In this document: positions 20,085-30,340 of the stretch, one piece after another
Position numbering within the stretch: position 1 is the stretch's first letter
Layout: each line of letters begins with the position of its first letter
NCBI GenBank assembly: GCA_963801505.1
Contig: CAWDEY010000002.1
Location: 14,231-78,230, forward strand
Direction: 5' to 3'
DNA: 64,000 nt
Origin: an uncultured Nitrospira sp.
GTDB lineage: Bacteria; Nitrospirota; Thermodesulfovibrionia; Thermodesulfovibrionales; UBA6898
The notes under the pieces: model-generated
Databases searched by the model: none
What the model was told of the DNA's origin: nothing
Seen by the model: only the letters and a program-made list of their open reading frames with translations
Made by a program: the position numbers and the translations under genes

Positions 20085-21377
20085 TTACTGAGCGATATGG
20101 GAGGCAAACTTTTTCGTCATAGAAATTATAAGCGCAAACAGGACAAAGACCGCGGCAAGCAGCCCGACAGCCACAATTATATTATTTAATAACGCGGGGT
20201 CAATCAATAAAATGAGTCCGAGAAAGAACATCATAAGACCGGACAACAATTTTAATTTGCGTCCCTGCCATTCTGTCAGTTTTTTAGCTCCGAGGGTGAC
20301 CGTGAAAATCACAACAATTGTTGCCAGGGGCACAACATAAATACAGTTATATATTACCAGATAAAGATAATACTGCCCTGTTGTGAGATTCTGCAGGGTA
20401 AGAATCCGCGTAAATACCATTGGGAAGCCTGCTGTACATAACAGTTCATAGCTGTTGGCCGCTATCGCCAGGACTATGGTCCCCATGAGCATTGATGAAA
20501 TGGACGTTGCATTCAGAAGGTTTCTCATGCGCTCAAACAGCTTCGGCTTTGCCTTATCAGGGATGGATAGGGAAACTCCTCTTGAGAAAAAGAAAAAGTC
20601 CTTGATGTTTATGACAGCTACTGTCAGGGCGATAATGCCGGCTATAACTGTCATCAACAGGAGTTGGCCCGCAATTATAAAGAGGTTAAGCCATGCCGCC
20701 ATAAAAACAAAATAGATAAAGCCTGAAAAAAATACGAAGGTGCCGCCGATCAGGAGCATTCGTTTTCTTGATTTTGCGTGCATCAGGAGGCTCAACAGGA
20801 AAAAAAGCACAAAAAACGCACAGGGATTAAAACTGTCCAGCCCCCCAAGGATAACAGTCATAACGGGCAGAGAGATCATAGACAAATCCATGTCTCCAAA
20901 GAATGGCACTTTAACAATCTCGTGCTTTTTCCGGAGAACAGGACTGCGTGACCTTTCCGACGGTTCTACGCAGGCTTTTTTACTTTGGATGCAATACTGA
21001 ATGGTGTTTTCGATCTCCTGAGCAGTACTTTCATTGAAACCGACAAAAACTTCAGTATTAATGAAGGTCACCGGGACCCCTGTGGATTTTGTCCCGGCTG
21101 CCTCAAGCATACGGGACAAAAACATTGCATTCGGTTTGTTATGCCATACTTCATAGGTTTTGACCTCAAGCTGAGGATATTTCCGCTTTGCCATGTCCAG
21201 ATATTTTTCCTCATTTGCACAGTGAGGACATCCGTCGCCCCAGAAAAAATAGAGCACTACCTTTCCGGTTTCTTCCTCAGAAACAGGTGCTGCTGCAGCA
21301 GGACACAGAAAGATCCGGAGCAAAAAAAACTGGAGCAGAAGCAATAAAACAAATTTGTATCTTGTCTGAATTTTCAT
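20085..21377 (-). CDS. thioredoxin-fold (CPHC) domain fused to a multi-pass Cys-containing membrane domain (CcdA/DsbD-like)
   Basis: Signal/anchor MKIQTRYKFVLLLLLQFF, FFWGDGCPHCANEEKYL, then about 6 TM helices with SFNPCAFF and LCTAGFP. The upstream 52 codons of the ORF overlap the neighbouring gene and are discounted. Confidence 0.65.
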   Translation of the reverse strand: MKIQTRYKFVLLLLLQFFLLRIFLCPAAAAPVSEEETGKVVLYFFWGDGCPHCANEEKYLDMAKRKYPQLEVKTYEVWHNKPNAMFLSRMLEAAGTKSTGVPVTFINTEVFVGFNESTAQEIENTIQYCIQSKKACVEPSERSRSPVLRKKHEIVKVPFFGDMDLSMISLPVMTVILGGLDSFNPCAFFVLFFLLSLLMHAKSRKRMLLIGGTFVFFSGFIYFVFMAAWLNLFIIAGQLLLMTVIAGIIALTVAVINIKDFFFFSRGVSLSIPDKAKPKLFERMRNLLNATSISSMLMGTIVLAIAANSYELLCTAGFPMVFTRILTLQNLTTGQYYLYLVIYNCIYVVPLATIVVIFTVTLGAKKLTEWQGRKLKLLSGLMMFFLGLILLIDPALLNNIIVAVGLLAAVFVLFALIISMTKKFASHIAQ

Positions 21378-21399
21378 CTTCTCACAACCCCTCGACCAT

Positions 21400-23515
21400 T
21401 CATTCGCCCAGCATTTCAAGCATCTTCCCGATATCCGCTGTCGGCAGCTGGCAGTTACGGTCCCTGCAGATATACGCCCTGGCTTTGCCGTCAGGGCTGC
21501 CATATGACTTCGTAAAACCTGATATTCTGTCAATCTCTGGAGACTGCTGCTTAGCGGGCCGTAAAAGGACTACTTTATTGGGAAGTAAATGAGACCTAAG
21601 CGTCTGCAGCATAGTCTTCGTATCCGCAGCCTGTGGATCGCCTGCAATGACAATTTCACAGGGAGGTCCTGCTGCAAAGTCAACTGCCACCATCAGTTGA
21701 GCATAGGCCGCGGGGTATTCACTGACAGCGTCGGCAAAGGCACGTCCTATCTGGACCGCCTTTTCTTCAAGCTCAGGGTCTCCTGTCATGCGGCCCAGAC
21801 GGAGCAGGTTTAACATCGCCACTGAATTTCCGGAAGGCACTGCTGCATCGTAAATCTCTTTTTTCCTTACCAGTATCTCCTCTGTATCGTCTGCCGTAAA
21901 ATAAAAGCCCCCTTTGTCGCTGTCCCAGAAATGCCTTATGAAATCTCTGTTAAGTTCGAGCGCGGTCTCCAGATACCTTACATCAAAAACAGTCTCGTAT
22001 AGGTCTATCAAGGCTGAAATAAAAAAAGCATAGTCATCCACATGCGCAGGAAAAGACGCCTCACCATCACGGTACCGGTGCAAAAGTCTTCCATCATCAG
22101 TACGCAAATGCTTCAGAACAAATGCGACTGCCCTTTCAGCAGCCTGGGCATATACCGCGCTCATTGAAGGCCTGGGCCGCCCTTGCCAGCGCCATTATCA
22201 TGAGGCCGTTCCAGTCTGTTAAAATCTTATCATCCTTGCCGGGATGTATTCGTTTGTCCCTGGAGGAAAAGAGTTTCTTCAGGGCCGCACTTACGTGAGC
22301 ATGTAGATTTGGATAAGACATATTCAGAGCTGCAGCGCTTTGTTCAGGCGATCTGTCCAGATGCAGGATGTTCGTACCAGGTCTTTCATTCATTGTCTGG
22401 TCGGTAAAATTTCCATCTTTTGCTACATTGAAGACTTTTATAATAAGGCCGGCCTCTGAAGGACCCAATATGTTATTTATCTCTTCATATGACCAGACAT
22501 AAAACTTTCCCTCCACTCCCTCGCTGTCAGCATCTTCAGCTGAATAAAAGCCGCCTCCCTGACCTGTCATATCACGCAAAACATAGTTGCAGATCTCACA
22601 GGCGGTCTGCTTGTGTTCCTCATTTTTAGTTGCCAGGTAGGCATCCGCGTACGCCAGGGTAAGCATCGCCTGGTCATAAAGCATTTTCTCAAAGTGCGGC
22701 ACAAGCCATTGGTCATCTGTTGAGTAGCGGTGAAAGCCAAATCCAACATGGTCATATACTCCTCCCTGTCTCATTGCCCGGAGTGTCTGCTCCACCATCC
22801 TAAGGGCCTTCGGGTCTTTTTTGCGCTTCCAGTATCTCAGGAGAAACACAAGATTATGCGGAGTCGGAAACTTGGGAGCAGGCCCGAAGCCTCCGTGCTG
22901 TTCATCAAATCTCCTGCATAATTCCTCATATGCAGACTGAAGCGCTGCCTCACCGAGTGCATTCCCCGGGGTAACGGCTTCCTCTCGCTTAAGTGCAGCT
23001 GTAATCTCCTCGGACAACCTGTTAATGTCACCAGGCTGATTGCTCCACATCTTCTTTATTCGCGGCGCGAGATCGAGCATTCCGACCCGTCCGAAGCGGC
23101 TCTCTTTCGGCAAGTAGGTGGCTGCAAAGAAAGGCTTTTTCTCAGGCGTCATGATGATAGTGAGAGGCCAGCCGCCGCTGCCGGTCATCAGCTGGCATAC
23201 CTTCATATAGACAGTATCTATATCCGGCCTTTCTTCGCGGTCAACCTTAATGGAAATGAAGACCTCATTTAGCAGCGCTGCTACTTCATTGTCCTCAAAA
23301 GATTCTTTTTCCATGACGTGGCACCAATGGCACGCTGAATATCCGATTGAAAGAAAAATAGGTTTGTTCTCCTCCTTCGCGGTATCAAAGGCCTCAGCAC
23401 CCCAGGGATACCAGTTAACAGGGTTGTATGCATGTTGCAGCAGATAGGGGCTTTTTTCGGAGATCAGTCTGTTGGGTTTTAAGTTGCTGTTTTCAGGGTC
23501 ATGTGCGGTCATCAC
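21400..23515 (-). pseudogene. thioredoxin-domain / six-hairpin glycosidase-like protein (DUF255, YyaL-like) with one +1 frame break
   Basis: [12 protein letters not shown]...[17 protein letters not shown]-domain. ORFs 22136-23515 and 21400-22164 join as ...[17 protein letters not shown] if one G near 22155-22160 is removed. Confidence 0.8.
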
Positions 23516-23621
23516 GGCCTCCGATGCAATCCATTATTGTCAAAGGTTACCAGATTTCCGGAAGACCGTCAATTTTGGCAGGATGGGAGAGGATAGGATT
23601 TACTGACAAGCAGGTGTCTTA

Positions 23622-23790
23622 CCCTAAAAAAAGCAGAATCCACAAAGACGCAGAGTTCACAGAGTAAAATCAAGGAGTTACGGGCAGGACAGGGGCAACC
23701 AAATTGGTCAGTCCCCTCTTTGCCTTAAACCCGCGTTTTCTCAGCGTCTCTGTTATGCATACTTATGGTGAGTCATAATTTGTGGTGTAC
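23622..23790. mobile_element. MITE-like element, family A copy 3 (one end degenerate)
   Basis: CCCTAAAAAAAGCAGAATCCACAAAGACGCAGAGTTCACAGAG ... CTCAGCGTCTCTGT; the core is the reverse complement of the core at 29110-29274. Confidence 0.7.
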
Positions 23791-23859
23791 GTGCCGTTAT
23801 CCGCACATGAGCTATTGCTGCTACCATGTGAACCAGAAAATGTGATATTATAAGTCGAT

Positions 23860-24548
23860 ATGAAGGAGAAAAGAAGATATAGGAGATTCCTAATCGAAGG
23901 CATGGACGTCCAGTGCAGGATGTTTTTTAACACCGAAGTTAAGATTCACGACATAAGTTTCGGCGGGGTTGCTCTAAGTTTGGACAAGAGGCTGAACATG
24001 GGACAAAAATATACCCTTAAAATTGAGTCTGAGAGCAATACTATGTCATTAGAAGGTGTTGTGGTCTGGGAAAAAATGACTAACCTTACAAAAGAGGTAA
24101 AGGGTAAAAAGTTTCCCATATATGAAGTAGGAATGAGATTTGATGAAGTGCTAACAGGAAAAGGGGCTGACCTTCTCAATTTTATCAGCGGAAATATTTC
24201 CGACAAGGCGATTAAAACAAGGCTACAAGGGCTCAGGGTGAAGATTGTCGAGCCAGGAAAAGACTGTTATCCTGGATGACCGTGATAGCTATTCTGTAAA
24301 AATGATTGGTTTGGGTGGGATGCTCATAGAAAACAAAGAGAAACTTGAATATTGACGACAGATTTTCAATGGAAATGAGCTTTTCAGAAGACGTAAAACC
24401 GATAAAATTTCTGGGGAGGACGGCCTATTGCGTGGAAATACCTGGCAAGACACCGCAATCCTATGATACGGGGATAGAATTTATTGAGATGAACGAAAAA
24501 GATAGGGCACGGCTGAAAGAATTCATTGATATGCTCCAGGACATTTAA
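23860..24548 (+). pseudogene. tandem PilZ-domain protein broken by two +1 frame breaks
   Basis: First PilZ: RRYRRF...HDISFGGVAL. Second domain in the next frame (VKMIGLGGMLIE) and third frame (ORF 24345-24548). Breaks at the AAAA run 24258-24261 and near 24347. Confidence 0.7.
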
Positions 24549-24609
24549 CACGGCGAATTGCTTTTAATTGAGCAACGCCGTAAGAGGTAGATATTTCTTA
24601 TACCTCAGA

Positions 24610-27234
24610 CTACTTTTCTGTTTTTTTTTCACGCATATATCGCTTCAGTACAAATTTTCTCTCGTCTTCTTCTGTCTTCAGCCTTCCCCTGAGTTTTTCA
24701 TCCAGCAGTTCTTTCAGGATAAACTTGTAAAGGGGCCCTTGCCGGATGCCGATTTTCTTTAAATCGCTGCCTTTTACAAAGGGGGTTATCTTTTTCAGAT
24801 CTACCAGAAAGTGTGATATATCTTTTTTCTTATAAACGTCCTTCGTGATAGCCATTGAGAAGAGGATTATTTCTATACGGACATCTGCCAGCAGGTGATA
24901 AAGGCTCGCAGGGTCATGTGAAGGAAGTTTTTTAAGTATTTCATCTGATTCAGATATGCTCTTGAGGATAATTTCCCGTAGTCGTGGGGGAGCGGAAAGC
25001 CTTTCAAGTGCCTCTTCCCTGTCGCTATCGCTAAGGTTGGATAGAAGCGCCATGAGATATAAAACACCGGTGTCGGCCTTTTTCTCCAGATACAGGAGCT
25101 TATACCAGGCAACTGTCTCATACATTGATGAAAGTCTTGCCTCAAGTTTTTCATCAAAAACAAGGTGCTTGTGTATCATCTTCAGCAGCTCATAATCAGA
25201 AAGTTTTTTAAGAGTTTTCACAGGATTTGTTTCTTTAAACGCAATAAGCAGTTCTTCATAAAGACGTGATCCCGAAAGCTTTTCGAAGAGATTCATTTTG
25301 ATCGCTGATTTTATGAGGTTCTCTGTATGCCTGCTGAGTTTGAAGCCGAACCTCACGGCAAACCTGACTGCCCGGAAGGCCCTGGTCGGGTCTTCCACAT
25401 AACTGAGGTTATGGAGCACGCGTATGGTCTTGTCCCTTATGTCGCGCTGCCCTCCAAAAAAATCCATCAACAGGCCAAAATCTTTCTGGTTAAGCTTGAT
25501 CGCAAGTGTGTTGATGGTGAAGTCCCTTCTGTAAAGGTCCTTTTTTATGGAAGACATTTCAACTTTCGGCAGCGCGGCAGGAGACTCATAATACTCGGTG
25601 CGGGCCGTGGCAACGTCAAGCTCCAGGCCCTCATGAATGATCTTGGCTGTCCCAAAACGGGGATGAAACCTCGACCTGGCTTTCAGCCTTGCACTGAGCT
25701 CTTTTGCAAATAAGATACCGTCTCCCTCAATTACCAGATCAATGTCAAGATTTGCCTGTCCGAGCAATAAATCCCTGACCGATCCGCCAACAAGATAAAC
25801 ATTGACTCCCATCTTATCAGCCACTTCCCCGGCAGTTTTGAGTATCCTGAAGACCTTCGCAGGGAACCTGTCTTTTATCAGTGTTGAGAGGTTTCTGCTG
25901 ACCGCGCGAATTTCTGTTATATCCTCCTTGTCAACACGCCTTTTTCTCAGAAATTCTTCATACAATACCCTCAGCAGGTCTGTTCTTGTAATCGCGCCTG
26001 TTATACTTTCCCCTTTCAATACAGGCATAAAACGCTGATTATGTTCAATCATCATGGTTTCGATATCTCTGATAGGGGTATCATTTTCCACTGTCAGGGC
26101 CTCTGATGTGGAAAAATCACTGGCCTTGTTTTTTCTGAAACCGTGAAAGATGGCTTTTTCAACGATTTCCCTCGATATCAAGCCCGCATATTTTCCATCC
26201 CGGACAATCGGAAGCACATTGACCCCGAATTTTGTCATCATATCTTCTGCTTCTTTGATTAAACTGTCCCACTGAATTGTTACGACCGGACTCGTCATTA
26301 TGTCGGCGGCTGTCTTGCCTGGCTTAACATATACGGGCAATTTATCGACAAGTTTTTCAGCAACGACTTCAAGGGATGCCTCTCTTATGGTCGCCGAGGC
26401 AGCAGCGCGATGACCGCCGCCTCCGAATTCCTTAAGCAGCTCTCCGATATCCAGCTCCGGGACCCTGCTTCTCCCTATGATCAATATCTTTCCCTCCATA
26501 GCCAGCAGAAGAAGCACTGCGTCTATATCTTCGAGTTCCATTATTCTATGGGCCAGATGAGCGGCATCGCCGATATAAACCTCCCTCGCAGCCCTGGCGA
26601 TCACGATTCTTATCCCTCTGAGGACTATTTCATCAGATGATTTCACAAGCTCATTGAGGAGGTCCAGCTCTTCAACATTCAGTTCTGTTTTGATATAACT
26701 GGAGACTATATTGAGGTTTGCGCCTCTCTTAAGCAGGTATGAAACAGCCATCAGGTCTCTCTCTGTTGTAGAGGGGAAAAGCAGGGAGCCTGTCTCCTCA
26801 TAAATACCGAGCGCCATAATTGTAGCTTCCATCGGGGAAGGATGAAGTTTTTTGCCCTTCAGCAGCTCGACAAACAACGTAGCTGTAGCGCCTACCTTTT
26901 CCAGTTTTTCAACTTCTCCCCGTATATCATTTTTTTCAAACGGGTGATGATCATAGATATGAACGGTCAGTCTTTTGTTTTCAAGCAGTTCCGCCAGAGA
27001 AGCCAGCCTGTCGCGTTGCTTTGTATCAACGATAATAAGCGTGTCCACTGTTTCCGGATCGATGTCCTTCATCCGGTTGATCTTGACAGGGTCAAAAACC
27101 TCTATAAAGTCACGCACCTTTTTTTCCTGTGAGCCGGGAAACACAAGCAGCGCTTCAGGATACAGTTTTTTGGCTGCAATCATCGAGGCAAGGGAATCAA
27201 AGTCCGCGTTTATGTGCGACGTTATAATTTTCAC
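24610..27234 (-). CDS. DHH/DHHA1 - CBS pair - poly(A) polymerase/CCA-adding nucleotidyltransferase fusion protein
   Basis: N-terminal HINADFDSLAS (DHH) and GGGGHRAAAS (DHHA1), two CBS modules, then VYLVGGSVRDLLLG..DIDLVIEGD (PolA head) and RDFTINTLA. Confidence 0.85.
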   Translation of the reverse strand: MKIITSHINADFDSLASMIAAKKLYPEALLVFPGSQEKKVRDFIEVFDPVKINRMKDIDPETVDTLIIVDTKQRDRLASLAELLENKRLTVHIYDHHPFEKNDIRGEVEKLEKVGATATLFVELLKGKKLHPSPMEATIMALGIYEETGSLLFPSTTERDLMAVSYLLKRGANLNIVSSYIKTELNVEELDLLNELVKSSDEIVLRGIRIVIARAAREVYIGDAAHLAHRIMELEDIDAVLLLLAMEGKILIIGRSRVPELDIGELLKEFGGGGHRAAASATIREASLEVVAEKLVDKLPVYVKPGKTAADIMTSPVVTIQWDSLIKEAEDMMTKFGVNVLPIVRDGKYAGLISREIVEKAIFHGFRKNKASDFSTSEALTVENDTPIRDIETMMIEHNQRFMPVLKGESITGAITRTDLLRVLYEEFLRKRRVDKEDITEIRAVSRNLSTLIKDRFPAKVFRILKTAGEVADKMGVNVYLVGGSVRDLLLGQANLDIDLVIEGDGILFAKELSARLKARSRFHPRFGTAKIIHEGLELDVATARTEYYESPAALPKVEMSSIKKDLYRRDFTINTLAIKLNQKDFGLLMDFFGGQRDIRDKTIRVLHNLSYVEDPTRAFRAVRFAVRFGFKLSRHTENLIKSAIKMNLFEKLSGSRLYEELLIAFKETNPVKTLKKLSDYELLKMIHKHLVFDEKLEARLSSMYETVAWYKLLYLEKKADTGVLYLMALLSNLSDSDREEALERLSAPPRLREIILKSISESDEILKKLPSHDPASLYHLLADVRIEIILFSMAITKDVYKKKDISHFLVDLKKITPFVKGSDLKKIGIRQGPLYKFILKELLDEKLRGRLKTEEDERKFVLKRYMREKKTEK

Positions 27235-27280
27235 GTTATATTGTAACAGGCTCCAAAGACAAAATACTGACCTATGGATT

Positions 27281-27400
27281 ATTTGTAACTACTCAGGTTG
27301 TTTAGACTGTGGTCTGTTAGGACTGCACAAAGAACGAATTAAGGCTTTCTCCCATATCCACCTAAACACCTACTGACTATCCACCTGAGTAGTTACGATT
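27281..27400. repeat. dispersed inverted-repeat element, family C copy 1
   Basis: Ends TTGTAACTACTCAGG / CCTGAGTAGTTACGA; the core is the reverse complement of 34155-34264. Confidence 0.8.
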
Positions 27401-28772
27401 ATTTATATATTATCACTTTGTCTCTGCCATTGTTCTTTGCTTCGAAAAGAGCGTTATCGGCGAGAGAAATAAGGTCATCATGAGTTTGGACTTCCGGATG
27501 AGGGAAACAGGATATCCCTATACTGACAGTAATACCACCTTTGTTTTTGAGGCTTTTAAACCTGTGGTTTTTGACAGACATCCTGATCCTCTCCGCCTCG
27601 GCCAGTGCGCCCTTCTTCGAGGTCTGCGGCAACAGGATAACAAACTCTTCTCCGCCGTAGCGTGCAAGCACATCGACCTTGCGAGTGGACCTTTTGAGCA
27701 GTTTCGAAAACTCCTGCAGGACTGTATCACCTATCTTGTGACCATATAGGTCGTTAATCTTTTTGAAATAATCGATATCAAGCATCAGGCAGCTGATGGG
27801 AAGGATATATCTCTCGGAACGGTTAAACTCCTCTATTATTTTGTGATAAAAGTATCTGACGTTATATATCCCTGTCAGAAAATCCGTAATCGCAAGCTTT
27901 TCAAGTCTCGCCTTTTCATCCTCCATCTGCTCAAATAAAAAGGCGTTGTACAGCGCGTTTGCTGATGTCTTCGCTATGATCTTTAACAATTGTATCTCGG
28001 AGGCGTTGAAGGCACGCACCTTTGTAGAAGTCCTGAGAAACAATGTCCCTATGATCTTCTCATGAAATATGATGGGAATTACCAGTATGGACCTGATCCC
28101 TAGTGGAACAATAATTTCCCGTACTTTCTTCATCAATGGGTCTGTCGCTACATCATTGATAAATACCGGTTCCTTAGAGGCCAGGGCTGCCAATATCTCA
28201 GGGTATTTTTTCAGGTTCAGCCGGAGGCCGGGCATATCGGGATCTTCATGACTGGCGACCACAATGGCCGACTTGCGCAGCCAGTCAACCCTTATAATAG
28301 AACTCCTGTTGACTGCCATGACATCCGCTATCTTTTTGACAATCTTGTAGAGCAATTCTTTTGGATCCAGCGTCGTAGAAATCAACTGGGTAAGTTCAGC
28401 GCAGATCCTGAGTTCCCATATCTCATGCTTCATGGAATCAAATTCATTTCGCTCAATAATTATTCTCTCCAGTTTATATGCAAGGTCTTTTTCAAGAAAG
28501 GGGTTATAAATATAGCAATTCACATTATGGGTTATTGCTGTCTCCAGTCCTTTTTCAATCTTTCCGGTAATTATAGCAATAACAGGGAAGCGGGTTGTTT
28601 TATCAGAAATAGAGGGGAGGAACGAGTCTTCAGCAATAATAGCTGCCGGTTTATATTTAACTAAATATTTTAAAAAAGGCGCAAGGTCCTGAAAATAAGA
28701 GGGCTTGTATATCTTTTTGTTTGTAAAAAAAGACCCGATAAAGTCAGCTGCCTTTCCATTTCTGGCGATCAC
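27399..28772 (-). CDS. diguanylate cyclase with degenerate receiver-like N-domain and GAF domain
   Basis: C-terminal GGDEF domain with RYGGEEFVILLPQT and upstream RxxD-type context; central GAF-like region. Confidence 0.88.
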   Translation of the reverse strand: MIARNGKAADFIGSFFTNKKIYKPSYFQDLAPFLKYLVKYKPAAIIAEDSFLPSISDKTTRFPVIAIITGKIEKGLETAITHNVNCYIYNPFLEKDLAYKLERIIIERNEFDSMKHEIWELRICAELTQLISTTLDPKELLYKIVKKIADVMAVNRSSIIRVDWLRKSAIVVASHEDPDMPGLRLNLKKYPEILAALASKEPVFINDVATDPLMKKVREIIVPLGIRSILVIPIIFHEKIIGTLFLRTSTKVRAFNASEIQLLKIIAKTSANALYNAFLFEQMEDEKARLEKLAITDFLTGIYNVRYFYHKIIEEFNRSERYILPISCLMLDIDYFKKINDLYGHKIGDTVLQEFSKLLKRSTRKVDVLARYGGEEFVILLPQTSKKGALAEAERIRMSVKNHRFKSLKNKGGITVSIGISCFPHPEVQTHDDLISLADNALFEAKNNGRDKVIIYK

Positions 28773-28852
28773 CGCTATTTTTTTGATCAGTTTCTCCTTG
28801 ATAAAATACTAATTTCTAATATTATTCAGAATTTTACTAAAAGAGTCAAAGT

Positions 28853-28994
28853 ATTGAAGACTCCCTCCGGTAAGGCCGCAGGGAATCTCAATGCAAGGAA
28901 TGTTTTTTCATTATATTCGCTCGCTAACCCCGTGGCACCAACAGTAGGGGCCTTAGGCCAGACCACGGGGAATATCGCTCGCTATCCATTTAAA
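28853..28994. repeat. dispersed structured repeat, family B copy 2
   Basis: Same as 4244-4363 but with a 23-nt insertion in the loop of the CCCCGTGG/CCACGGGG hairpin. Confidence 0.85.
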
Positions 28995-29109
28995 CATCGT
29001 AACTGATCGGGTAAATAGACTGAAGGCATAAGGTTTCCAGGCAAATATACTTGATCCCCAAGGTTTCGGATAATTCAGGTTGCCGACAGGAACGCGGCAG
29101 ATTATTGAA

Positions 29110-29274
29110 CCTAAAAACGGCAGTTCGTTCACCACGGAGGCACAGAGACGCTGAGAAAACGCGGGTTTGAGGCAAATAGGGGACTGACCAATTTGGTTGC
29201 GCCCCTATCCTGCCCGTAACTTCTTGATTCTACTCTGTGATCTCTGTGTCTCTGTGGTTAAGTGCTTTTTTCAG
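29110..29274. mobile_element. MITE-like element, family A copy 4
   Basis: CCTAAAAACGGCAGTTCGTTCACCACGGAGGCACAGAGACGCTGAG ... CTCTGTGATCTCTGTGTCTCTGTGGTTAAGTGCTTTTTTCAGG; imperfect terminal inverted repeats of about 45 nt. Confidence 0.8.
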
Positions 29275-29347
29275 GTTGAAATACTTCAGCCTAAACACCT
29301 GAGTTTGTTCGATCTGCTATATGCAGTAAAGATGCGGAAAATTAGGC

Positions 29348-30340
29348 TTATATGAGAAAGCTCGCTGCCTTGCAAAGGGCCCATCCAAGCAGTGCGCAGG
29401 CAGGCAGGGTGATGATCCAGGCGACGACAATATTGCCGCCGACCCCCCACCTGACGGCTGAGAGTCTTTTGGAGGCGCCTACGCCCATGATCGTAGATGA
29501 GATGATATGGGTTGTCGAAAGCGGCAGTCCCCAATGAGATGCCACCTCAATGATACTGGCAGCGGACACCTCTGCCGCAAAGCCATGAATTGGTCTGAGA
29601 TTGACCAGCTTAACACCCAGAGTTTTTATGATCCTCCAGCCCCCTATGGCGGTCCCCAGTCCCATTGCTGATGCACATAAGGCAATGACCCATATCGGCA
29701 CGGAGAAATCGGGGACAATATGAGCGCTGACCAGCGCCATGGTAATAATACCCATCGTTTTCTGAGCATCGTTATTGCCGTGACTGAAGGCCATATAAGC
29801 AGCGGAGGCTATCTGCGACCGCTTGAATATCTTGGAAACCAGGGCCGGTGACGACCGTCTGAATATACTTACAAGCAGCTGCATAAGAAGATACCCGAAG
29901 ATCAGACCGACTACCGGAGAGGCAATAAGAGCTATAAGAATCTTGTAGACGCCTTTTTGAATAACAACTCCGGTGCCTGCTGTTGCCACTGCCGCTCCGA
30001 CGAGACTTGAAAGGATCGCGTGACTTGAGGACGTTGGAAGACCGAAATACCAGGTAATGAGGTCCCATATAATGGCAGCCAGGAGTGCTGAAAGAACTGT
30101 GAGCTGGGTCACCGATGAGGCCTCAACCAGCCCGGAGCCGACCATCTTGGCAACCGCAGTGCCGGCAAAGGCCCCCGCAATATTCAGGACAGCTGCCATG
30201 GCCACAGCAACTTTGGGAGAGAGGACACGGGTGGAGACAGAGGTTGCTATCGCATTTGCGGTATCATGGAAGCCGTTTATGAAATCAAAAATAGTGGCAA
30301 GGACTATGACGCAGATAAGCAGAGTAAAGGAATCATGCAT
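29348..30340 (-). CDS. inorganic phosphate transporter, PiT family
   Basis: FDFINGFHDTANAIATSV and GNDAQKTMGII signatures; about 10 TM helices. Confidence 0.92.
   Translation of the reverse strand: MHDSFTLLICVIVLATIFDFINGFHDTANAIATSVSTRVLSPKVAVAMAAVLNIAGAFAGTAVAKMVGSGLVEASSVTQLTVLSALLAAIIWDLITWYFGLPTSSSHAILSSLVGAAVATAGTGVVIQKGVYKILIALIASPVVGLIFGYLLMQLLVSIFRRSSPALVSKIFKRSQIASAAYMAFSHGNNDAQKTMGIITMALVSAHIVPDFSVPIWVIALCASAMGLGTAIGGWRIIKTLGVKLVNLRPIHGFAAEVSAASIIEVASHWGLPLSTTHIISSTIMGVGASKRLSAVRWGVGGNIVVAWIITLPACALLGWALCKAASFLI

Noticed and set aside
21378-21533. 52-codon N-terminal extension of the thioredoxin-membrane fusion ORF
   Set aside because: It overlaps the 3-prime end of the YyaL-like gene. 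A signal-anchor Met (MKIQTRYKFVLLLLL) at 21377 is the natural start.
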